Source: a bacterium (GTDB taxonomy: Bacteria; UBA9089; CG2-30-40-21; SBAY01). From it: DNA of 35,524 nucleotides. Positions 7,430-14,916 of this stretch are shown piece by piece. Position numbers and translations under genes: made by a program. How positions within the stretch are numbered: position 1 is the first letter of the stretch; each line of letters starts with the position of its first letter. The notes beneath the pieces are model-generated. The model was given only the letters and a program-made list of their open reading frames with translations, had not been told where the DNA came from and made no database searches. Location: assembly GCA_040757115.1 (NCBI GenBank), contig JBFLYA010000011.1:1-35524 (forward strand), read 5' to 3'.

Positions 7430-8923
7430 ATGAAAAAGGCAAAAACCATTCAAATTTGTGGAACGGGCTCAGCTGTGGGTAAGAGTGTCCTGGTAGCAGG
7501 GTTGTGCCGAATCTTTCTTCAGGAAGGATTTAAGGTAGCACCTTTTAAGGCACAAAATATGGCACTTAATTCCGCTGTTACTCAAGATGGTCTGGAAATC
7601 GGTCGGGCTCAGGCAATGCAGGCACAAGCCTGTGGATTAAAACCTACGGTTGATATGAATCCTGTATTACTTAAGCCGACCAGTAATGTTGACTCCCAGG
7701 TTATTATTTATGGCAAACCAATCGGAAATATGTCCGCATTCCAATATTACAACTACAAATCAAAGATATTTCCTCAGGTCAAAGAATCTCTGAATAGATT
7801 AAGACAGGAATTTGACATTGTGGTCATAGAGGGTGCAGGGTCACCCGCAGAGATTAATCTAAAAAAATACGATATTGTCAATATGCGGATTGCTCGCTTA
7901 ATAAAATCGCCGGTATTGTTAGTCGGCGATATTGACCGAGGTGGTATTTTTGCCTGGTTATTGGGCACATTACAACTTCTGTCTGAGTCCGAAAAAAAGT
8001 TAGTCAAAGGTTTTATCATTAATAAATTTAGAGGCAACAAAGCCCTTTTGAAAAATGGACTGCGTTTTCTGGAAAAAGAATCAGGTAAAAAAGTGGTTGG
8101 TGTTGTTCCTTATTATGATGACATAAAACTGCCTCAAGAAGATTCCCTGTTTTTTGACCAGCCTAAAAAAAGCAGGGTTAAAGAAGACGCAATAAAGATA
8201 GTTGTGGTCAGGCTGCCGCATATCTCTAACTTTACTGATTTTGATGTCTTTGAACAGGAAGAAGTGGATTTTGAGTATAGCGTTGATATAAATGATATAA
8301 AAAAGGCAGACTGTATTATTTTACCAGGAAGTAAGAATACCTGCGATGATTTAGAGTTTCTTTATGAGAAAGGAATTGTTGAGGTAATAAAACAAAAGGC
8401 AGAGCAAGGTTGTGTTATCGTAGGAATTTGCGGCGGCTATCAGATGCTTGGCAACAATATCCGTGATACCTTTGGCGTGGAAGGTAAAAAGAGTGTTCAA
8501 GGACTGGGATTGCTTGATATGGAGACGCAATTTAATAAGGAAAAGAACACCTATCTGGTGCAAGCCAAAGATTTAACCAGAAATCTCCTCATCAACGGTT
8601 ATGAAATCCATCATGGTCTAACTAAAATTAATGGTTCGTATTTATTTTTAATTATCAAACGCGGGGACAAAAAAGTGCATATTAAAGATGGAGCAGTAAA
8701 TTATGCGGGTAATGTCTGGGGGACCTATATTCACGGACTTTTTGATAATCATTTATTTCGACATAATTTCTTAAATGAGCTGAGAAAAAAAAGGGGGTTG
8801 CCCATTAAACAAGTGATGGGTGAATTTTCTCAAGATAAGGAATATGATAAACTTGCTGATTTGTTACGAGAAAATCTTGAGATGGAATTTATAAAGGAAA
8901 TAATCGGTGTCTATAATGGCTAA
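7430..8923 (+). CDS. cobQ: Cobyric acid synthase
   Basis: GTGSAVGKS, PFKAQNMALNS, EIGRAQ, MNPVLLKP, EGAGSPAEINL, ISNFTDFD, GICGGYQMLG, GYEIHHG, GTYIHGLF. Confidence 0.97.
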   Translation: MKKAKTIQICGTGSAVGKSVLVAGLCRIFLQEGFKVAPFKAQNMALNSAVTQDGLEIGRAQAMQAQACGLKPTVDMNPVLLKPTSNVDSQVIIYGKPIGNMSAFQYYNYKSKIFPQVKESLNRLRQEFDIVVIEGAGSPAEINLKKYDIVNMRIARLIKSPVLLVGDIDRGGIFAWLLGTLQLLSESEKKLVKGFIINKFRGNKALLKNGLRFLEKESGKKVVGVVPYYDDIKLPQEDSLFFDQPKKSRVKEDAIKIVVVRLPHISNFTDFDVFEQEEVDFEYSVDINDIKKADCIILPGSKNTCDDLEFLYEKGIVEVIKQKAEQGCVIVGICGGYQMLGNNIRDTFGVEGKKSVQGLGLLDMETQFNKEKNTYLVQAKDLTRNLLINGYEIHHGLTKINGSYLFLIIKRGDKKVHIKDGAVNYAGNVWGTYIHGLFDNHLFRHNFLNELRKKRGLPIKQVMGEFSQDKEYDKLADLLRENLEMEFIKEIIGVYNG

Positions 8924-9710
8924 AACAAAGGCTTTTTGTTGCTGGAGTGGTGGTAAGGATAGCTTATTGGCTTGTGTTAGGGCAAGCAAAGAAGTTGAGG
9001 TTACCTATCTTTTAAATATGGTGGATGAAAATGGTATCTCCTCTCGTTCACACGGACTTGGTTCAAATGTATTGAAACTCCAGGCTGAGATAATCGGTAT
9101 CCCGCTTGTTCAGAAGAAAACCAGCCGACAAACCTATGAACAAAGGTTTAAGGAGGCGATAGCTGAGATTAAAGACCTGGGTGTTTCTCCTGAAAATCGG
9201 GACTCGGGACTCGGGGTTCGGGACTCGGGAAGGCTGGTAGCCGCAGGCTTCAGCCTGATTTCACCTGAACCATCAAACCATCAAACCCATTTTCATCTTC
9301 CTTTGTGCCCACTCCCTGTGGGCATGAGCGTTTCTCAAGGTGTATTTGGCGATATTGATGTTGTAGAACATCGAGATTGGATTGAGCGGGTCTGTCGAGA
9401 AATGGAGATAACCCCAATATTTCCCTTGTGGGAAGCAGATAGAGAGGAGATGCTTGCAGAATTTATGCAGGCTGGCTTTAGAGCCGTGGTTGTCTCAAGC
9501 AAAATAGGACAGGAATGGTTGGGTAGAGAGATAGATGAGCAGTTTGTCAACGAACTGAGGGCATTGGGGAACATTGACCTATGCGGCGAAAATGGCGAAT
9601 ATCACAGCTTTGTCTATGATGGACCTATATTTAAAAAACCGGTACTATTTACCCCGGGTAAAACTACCTTTAAAGACAATCGCTGGTTTTTGGAGATAAT
9701 TCCAAAATAA
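8916..9710 (+). CDS. Diphthine--ammonia ligase-like (Dph6/MJ0570) PP-loop ATP pyrophosphatase with a 49-aa in-frame insertion
   Basis: WSGGKDS PP-loop, SRSHG, VFGDID, PLW, DLCGENGEYHSFVYDGPIF; likely start at ATG 8916 overlapping the cobQ end. Confidence 0.85.
   Translation: MAKTKAFCCWSGGKDSLLACVRASKEVEVTYLLNMVDENGISSRSHGLGSNVLKLQAEIIGIPLVQKKTSRQTYEQRFKEAIAEIKDLGVSPENRDSGLGVRDSGRLVAAGFSLISPEPSNHQTHFHLPLCPLPVGMSVSQGVFGDIDVVEHRDWIERVCREMEITPIFPLWEADREEMLAEFMQAGFRAVVVSSKIGQEWLGREIDEQFVNELRALGNIDLCGENGEYHSFVYDGPIFKKPVLFTPGKTTFKDNRWFLEIIPK
9183..9336. mobile_element. 147-bp in-frame insertion bounded by a GTTTCTC direct repeat
   Basis: GTTTCTC at 9183-9189 and 9330-9336; interior has cgggact heptamers, GTAG-headed palindrome gtagccgcaggcttcagcctg, aaccatca repeats and hairpin tgcccac/gtgggca. 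Confidence 0.8.
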
Positions 9711-9718
9711 ACTAATTA

Positions 9719-10097
9719 GTAAGCGTTCAGATAGTAATTCACCGCAGAGACGCAGAGCAACAGAGAAAACATAGAAATAAAGTAACTATTCAGCCACTGA
9801 TTATAGCACTTATTAATCGGTAACCGTTCAGGATATAGCCACAGAGTTACAGAGAACACAGAGGGAATATATAACCAACGAATGAACACAAGTACAAAAA
9901 GATTCGACCTGTGCGGTTAAATGTAAAATGGATAATGTAAAATGTATAACTGAAAGGTAATGAGTCTGGCGAAGGACTAAAATTTCCCATTTTTCATTTC
10001 CTATTTTACATTTATTTTTCCTTTGCGTCTCTGCGATGAATTAGTTTAATCGCACAGGTCGATTTTTTTCTCTGCGTCTTTGTGTCTGTGTGGTGAA
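9719..10097. mobile_element. Stack of nested or partial miniature elements
   Basis: Three GTAA-type left ends (9719 gtaagcgttcag, 9782 gtaactattcagccac, 9820 gtaaccgttcagg); separate element 9904-10062 with ends tcgacctgtgcggttaaa/tttaatcgcacaggtcga (17/18 match); degenerate right end ctctgcgtctttgtgtctgtgtggtgaa. Confidence 0.75.
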
Positions 10098-10113
10098 TCA
10101 GGAGGTTAAAGAG

Positions 10114-11199
10114 ATGGACGCAATCCTGCTTTTAGGACATGGCAGCAGGTTATCAGAAACCAATAAAACACTCCTTCAAATGGCTCAAATGGTTAAGGAG
10201 ATAGGTAAGATACCATTGGTTGAGATAGCATTTTTACAGTTCCAGAGGCCTGATTTCTTTGACGCTGTCAAAACCTGCATCTCGAAGAACGCAAAAAAAA
10301 TCATTGTCCATCCTTATTTCCTCTATCAGGGAAGACATTTTGAAGAAGATATAACCGAAATGATTACAGAGGCAAAAAAGAGATATAACGAGATTGAGTT
10401 TATCCTCACAGAACCTCTGGGCGTGCATGAAAATATCGCCAGAGTCGTCCTTGAACGAACAAAGAAGAATATCCGTGAGATTAAAATACTCAAATCTCAC
10501 GAAATAGAGGAGAAAAGCATTGAGATAATCGGCGAAGAACTGGGTGAAACAAACTTCCGTGATACTGAATTATCCATTGTCAAAAGGGTTATCCATGCCA
10601 GTGCAGATTTTGATTTTGCTAAAAATCTACGATTCCACCCAGAAGCCGTAGAGGCAGGGATAAGAGCAATAAAGGCGGGAAAAGATATTCTTGTGGATGT
10701 CAGGATGGTTGAGGCAGGGATAAATAAGAGATTGCTTCAAAACTGGCATGGAAGAGTTATCTGTAAAATCCAAAATTTTGCTTCGCAACATTCTTCGCAT
10801 TCAAAATCTAAAATCCAAACTCCAGAAGATAAAACAAAAGCAGAAATGGGAATAGAAATGGCATTACAGAAAAATAACAATATTGGTATCATTGCCATTG
10901 GAAATGCGCCCACAGCCCTCTACCGGGCAATGAAACTCATCCGTGCTGGAATTTACACCCCTGGACTTGTTATTGGTGTGCCAGTTGGCTTTGTTAAGGC
11001 AGTTGAGTCAAAAGAGGTGCTCCTGCATATGAAATATCCATTTATTACCTCAGTGGGAAGAAAAGGCGGAAGTCCGGTCGCAGTGGCAATAGTCAATAGC
11101 CTTTTAAAAATAGCAGAAGGAAATACAGTAACCGTTCCTGTGATTCAGACACTGGACATCAGACACAAGACTATAGACTCTATTTATGCAGGAAATTAG
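10114..11199 (+). CDS. cbiC: Fusion of CbiX/SirB-type sirohydrochlorin cobaltochelatase and precorrin-8X methylmutase (CbiC/CobH)
   Basis: N-terminal LLGHGSR, PYFLYQGRH..EDI, EPLGVH; C-terminal IEEKS..II, RVIHASADF, AIGNAPTAL, IGVPVGFV, GRKGGSPVAVAIVN; start ATG 10114 behind aggagg. Confidence 0.9.
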   Translation: MDAILLLGHGSRLSETNKTLLQMAQMVKEIGKIPLVEIAFLQFQRPDFFDAVKTCISKNAKKIIVHPYFLYQGRHFEEDITEMITEAKKRYNEIEFILTEPLGVHENIARVVLERTKKNIREIKILKSHEIEEKSIEIIGEELGETNFRDTELSIVKRVIHASADFDFAKNLRFHPEAVEAGIRAIKAGKDILVDVRMVEAGINKRLLQNWHGRVICKIQNFASQHSSHSKSKIQTPEDKTKAEMGIEMALQKNNNIGIIAIGNAPTALYRAMKLIRAGIYTPGLVIGVPVGFVKAVESKEVLLHMKYPFITSVGRKGGSPVAVAIVNSLLKIAEGNTVTVPVIQTLDIRHKTIDSIYAGN

Positions 11200-11260
11200 T
11201 GACATTTGGGAAACCATCCTCAAAACTTCACTCCCTGAATTTTTCCACCTGTGCAGTTAA

Positions 11261-11681
11261 ACATTTCGCTCCTACGGAGCTGAATTCTTTAAGGATTATC
11301 ATAGTCTACAAATATATCACTCCTAACGGAGTTTAAAAATATAGCACTTATTATTCAAAACTTTACTTAGAATTAAATACTCGTAACTACTCGTAGTGAA
11401 TTAACAAGTTATGCGTGAACCATTGCTACACTATGTCAAATTAGTGCTATAACTCTCTATATTTTTAGACAATTATGTCCATTTGGCTTGCCTTCCTCTA
11501 TTTCTTATGATAAAATGGGGAAAAATAGAATATGAAAATTCGACCTCATCCTTCATTTAATGTCCCATAGGGACATTATATCGGTAAATGGTTTTCCATA
11601 AATTTTCTACCAATATATCGTTCCTACGGAACTGATTGATTTGTCTATCTATTCCTACCGATATTATGTTCCTAACGGAAT
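11261..11681. repeat. Cluster of five REP-like palindromes, consensus CTAC-N2-ATAT-N3/4-(T/C)TCCTA(A)CGGA
   Basis: Hairpins at 11268-11280, 11319-11332, 11559-11577 (inverted copy), 11620-11632 and 11669-11680; CTAC (GTAG on the minus strand) precedes three of them. Confidence 0.75.
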
Positions 11682-11719
11682 GATTATTCTCATGCCTTAT
11701 TTATGGGTATTATCCTATG

Positions 11720-11998
11720 CTGGAGTTTCGTGAATTTTCTATGATTCCTTTCTCATTTAATCTTTGCGTTCTTTGCGGTTAAAAAAAGGATAAACCACAA
11801 AGGGCACAAAGTAGTAACGCAAAGGACACAAAGGGAAGAAAATAGGTGAAGCATTTTTTATCAACTCAACTTCAAAGGATAAGTTGCAAAAAAAAATCAT
11901 CAGGCTTTTGAGCCTAATTTTGCCATCTTTGAGCAAAATAAACAGATTGATAAGGATTCAGATAGCCTCAATAGCTCCTTAAATTAACGAAACTCCAG
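11720..11998. mobile_element. MITE with CTGGAGTTTCGT(G/T)AATTT ends
   Basis: 11720-11737 ctggagtttcgtgaattt and 11981-11998 aaattaacgaaactccag (17/18 inverted match); interior has ctttgcg/cacaaag repeats. Confidence 0.75.
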
Positions 11999-12052
11999 TA
12001 AAAGTCGTTTAATGTCTCGTTTGAACTGGGTTGTTCTTCGAATAGTCAGCTT
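11984..12052 (-). pseudogene. N-terminal remnant of a YafQ-like (RelE superfamily) toxin
   Basis: Reads (K)LTIRRTTQFKRDIKRLL, then runs into the MITE end; expected TAATG stop/start overlap is TAAAG. Confidence 0.65.
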
Positions 12053-12324
12053 TAAGATAACAAATCCTTTCGTAATTCTTCGACAGAATGAAATACAGGC
12101 ACGGTAGATTTGTCTTCGGCAAATGCTTTCAAGGTCGTTTCATTCGGGATTTCAAGTTTACCAAAACTATGTCGAATATCTTCATCTTTCAGAATATATC
12201 GTGTGACAGCCACGCGGTCTTTTTTTGGTAATGCCCGAAATACCCGATAAAACGCCTCTCCTGTAGTGATTGTCACAGATTGATATTTTTCCAAATCTTT
12301 TTTTGATGTCAACATCTTTGGCAC
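12052..12324 (-). CDS. Small probable type II antitoxin (DinJ/RelB-like C-terminus)
   Basis: C-terminal IPNETTLKAFAE...FHSVEELRKDL pattern; RBS aaggag before GTG; coupled to the toxin remnant. Confidence 0.6.
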   Translation of the reverse strand: MPKMLTSKKDLEKYQSVTITTGEAFYRVFRALPKKDRVAVTRYILKDEDIRHSFGKLEIPNETTLKAFAEDKSTVPVFHSVEELRKDLLS

Positions 12325-12372
12325 TCCTTTTTTAAACTAATCGGAATTTTTTGAGTGTTACCTTCACTTTTG

Positions 12373-12452
12373 CCCCGTTAGAAATACCTACTATTGATTG
12401 TTTCAGTCCCCCTTTCTCTTCACTCTACTACTTATAGACATTTCTAATGGGG
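12373..12452. mobile_element. 80-bp miniature element with CCCCGTTAGAAAT ends
   Basis: ccccgttagaaat ... atttctaatgggg, flanked by a tttg direct repeat; its right part recurs at 14659-14708. Confidence 0.65.
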
Positions 12453-12660
12453 TTTGTCCATTATGAGAATATGTTACCAAAATCTTTCCCTATTGTCAAC
12501 AAGATTTTAACTGACAGTCCTGAAGAGTAAAAATCTTTGCACAAAAACTCCTTGAAATAATCCATTTTTTATTCTGGGAAGGTTTGTTTTTGTTTCTGTT
12601 TCAGTTAGGTTCCAGCCATAATATTGACTATACCTTTGGGGAGAAATTCTTAGCTAATTT
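12403..12660. repeat. Non-coding segment downstream of res, duplicated at 14659-14916; contains a minus-strand promoter
   Basis: Near-identical sequence starting tcagtccccctttctcttcactctactac; TTGACA-17-TAACAT (12471-12499) vs TTGACA-17-TAAAAT (14726-14754). Confidence 0.9.
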
Positions 12661-13248
12661 TTATAATATCAAATCAACCCAATTTTCAAAAGAGCTATTC
12701 TTAAAATCTTTGCTTGCTTTGTCAAAATAAACCCAGCGTCCGCGATAATTCCGCTCGGTGTTGGTGACTATACCGCCAAAACATTTTTTGCCTTTTTTAT
12801 TTTCACTTTGAATATACTTATACAATCCATCAATTTTTGGTCCAGCAATCTGTTTTGTTAAGCTGGCCTTGGTATCAAACAGGCCAATCCTTCCGTCCTT
12901 CAACTTCACAATAAAATCAACATAAAAGGGGTTCTTTTTGCCGTTGTCATAAGGAACGGCAAAAAATGTTGCGTCTCTGTCACCGTTTTTAAACCACCAC
13001 TCAACTTTGTTGTCCGATTTTTCCAAAAAATCAATAAAAAGCCGTTTCCGGTTCCCATCTTTCATCGCTGTAAAACGGCATCATTATTGATTTCTTTACT
13101 TCTTCAAAATTTCCGCCATCATTATTGTTTTGCCCGAGCCGGTCGGCGACTTGAAAACAAGTTTTTTACTCCCAGAATAACCCAAAAGCCGCTTGGCTTT
13201 TATCAATAAATCATCTATTGCGTTTTCTTGATAAATTTTTAGTTGCAT
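12661..13248 (-). pseudogene. Internally deleted second copy of the type III restriction (res) gene
   Basis: 13248-13103 matches the res 5' end (MQLKIYQENAID...SPTGSGKTIMMAE) and is joined at a cttc microhomology to the res 3' end; about 1.6 kb missing; premature stop and an extra frameshift near 13040. Confidence 0.92.
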
Positions 13249-13250
13249 AG

Positions 13251-14375
13251 TTAATCAAATAATTTTATGTACTGCTGATGGGCAAAAACTTTATTTCTTT
13301 TTTTGCCAGTTATTTCTCTTAGAATTTCTAATTTAACTAATTTATTGACCAATGCTAAAGCATTAGGATTTTTAAGTCCTGTCATCCTTTCAATGTCTTT
13401 TATTGTCGCAAGGGGTGTGTGAAATAGAGAATTAAAAACTAATGTCGCCTTGTGAGTGGACCTTCCTAAAGATAAAATTTTATTCAAGCCATCCCCCCGT
13501 AGTTTCAATATCTTTTTACTTGTTTCAACTGCCTGTTCGGCGGTAACCGCTACTCCTTCAAGAAAAAACTTTAACCAACCTTCAATATCATCTTTTCCGT
13601 GAAAAGCGTTAAGACGGTCATAATATTCTTGTCTATATTTTTTGAAAAAATCTGAAAGATAAAGCAAGGGCTTAGCTAATGCCTTTTGCTGACAAAGATA
13701 AAATGTAATTAAAAGGCGTCCGATTCTTCCGTTGCCATCTAAAAACGGGTGAATGTTTTCAAATTGAGCATGAAGCAACCCTGTCTTTAACAATATCGGC
13801 ATAGGAGATTTATCGTGCAAAAACTTCTCAAAATTATCCAGCAAAGTCATTATTTCCTGCGGCGGAGCCGGAATAAAAGATGCTCTTTGGAGAGTTATCC
13901 CACCTATCCAATTTTGAGATTTTCTAAATTCTCCCGGTTCCCTTCCTTCGCCTCTTACACCTTCAAGCAAGATTTTATGAATTTCTCTTATCAATCTTAA
14001 AGAGAGCGGGAACGATTTTAGACGGTCTAATCCATAATTCATTGCTTTTATATAATTCAAAATTTCATCAACATCTTTGTGGATTTCCAAATCTTCTACT
14101 TTCGCTTCCGCTTTCAAAACATCGGTAAAGGTAGCTTGTGTTCCCTCCACCTGACTTGATAAAGTCGCCTCTTTTCTGATATACATCAGAATAAAAAAAT
14201 CCACATCGGGCAATGTTTCGGCAATTCCATCCAGCCGACCCAATGCCAAATCTGCTTTTGAAAGCAAACTTTGAAGTTCCTCATCGGCTTTAATTTCAAA
14301 AGGCAAGAAATCTGGCACAAATGCCTTATATTGCAATTCACTTTTTAATTGGTTAATGTATTTTCCGCTTCTCAT
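13251..14375 (-). CDS. Fic-family protein (Fic/DOC N-terminal domain, Fic core, C-terminal wHTH)
   Basis: HPFLDGNGRIGR motif, EATLSSQVEGT inhibitory motif, PGEFRKSQNWIGG. Confidence 0.93.
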   Translation of the reverse strand: MRSGKYINQLKSELQYKAFVPDFLPFEIKADEELQSLLSKADLALGRLDGIAETLPDVDFFILMYIRKEATLSSQVEGTQATFTDVLKAEAKVEDLEIHKDVDEILNYIKAMNYGLDRLKSFPLSLRLIREIHKILLEGVRGEGREPGEFRKSQNWIGGITLQRASFIPAPPQEIMTLLDNFEKFLHDKSPMPILLKTGLLHAQFENIHPFLDGNGRIGRLLITFYLCQQKALAKPLLYLSDFFKKYRQEYYDRLNAFHGKDDIEGWLKFFLEGVAVTAEQAVETSKKILKLRGDGLNKILSLGRSTHKATLVFNSLFHTPLATIKDIERMTGLKNPNALALVNKLVKLEILREITGKKRNKVFAHQQYIKLFD

Positions 14376-14382
14376 AATTTTG

Positions 14383-14446
14383 AATCGTAGATTGGTTGTT
14401 TTTAATCTACGATTTTAAGTATAAATCGTAGATAAATTATTGTCAA
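14383..14446 (-). promoter_or_regulatory. fic promoter overlapped by three copies of an AATCGTAGAT operator-like motif
   Basis: Minus strand TTGACA (14441-14446)-17-TATACT (14418-14423); aatcgtagat at about 14383 and 14424, inverted atctacgatt at about 14405. Confidence 0.7.
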
Positions 14447-14916
14447 TCTTTTTCTACCATAGATAACTTTTTGATTGTTTATGTTTTACTAAATAAATCA
14501 TTTACATATCTTTTTAATCGTCCCCGCACAAAAAATTTTTTCATTTAAGGAAACGAAAATTTTTCTGTTTTGATATTCTGCTAACGCAGAATTGCAGAAA
14601 CGCTTCCCACCCCAGACGACGGAGCGGGCGGGCAAAAATTCATTGGTGGGGATGACACTCAGTCCCCCTTTCTCTTCACTCTACTACTTATACACATTTC
14701 TAACGGGGTTTGCCATTATGAGAATATTTTACCAAAATCTTTCCCTATTGTCAACGAGATTTTAACTGACAGTCCTGAAGAGTAAAAAATCTTCACACAA
14801 AAACCCCTTGAAATAATCCATTTTTTATTCTGGGAAGGTTTGTTTTTCTTTCTGTTTCAGTTAGGTTCCAGCCGTAATATTGACTATACCTTTGGGAAGG
14901 AATTCTTAGCTAATTT

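Noticed and set aside
11261-11681. Possible CRISPR array
   Set aside because: Repeats are degenerate, irregularly spaced and in mixed orientation; no cas genes
12661-13065. 134-aa ORF as an independent gene
   Set aside because: It is the frameshifted 3' fragment of the deleted res copy
12661-13100. DGR template/variable repeat pair with the res 3' end
   Set aside because: Differences are not adenine-specific, homology extends into non-coding DNA and the gene 5' end, and there is no reverse transcriptase
14644-14656. Complete tRNA gene
   Set aside because: No T-arm, anticodon arm or D-arm is adjacent; only a 13-nt CCA-ending match, kept as a low-confidence att-like finding
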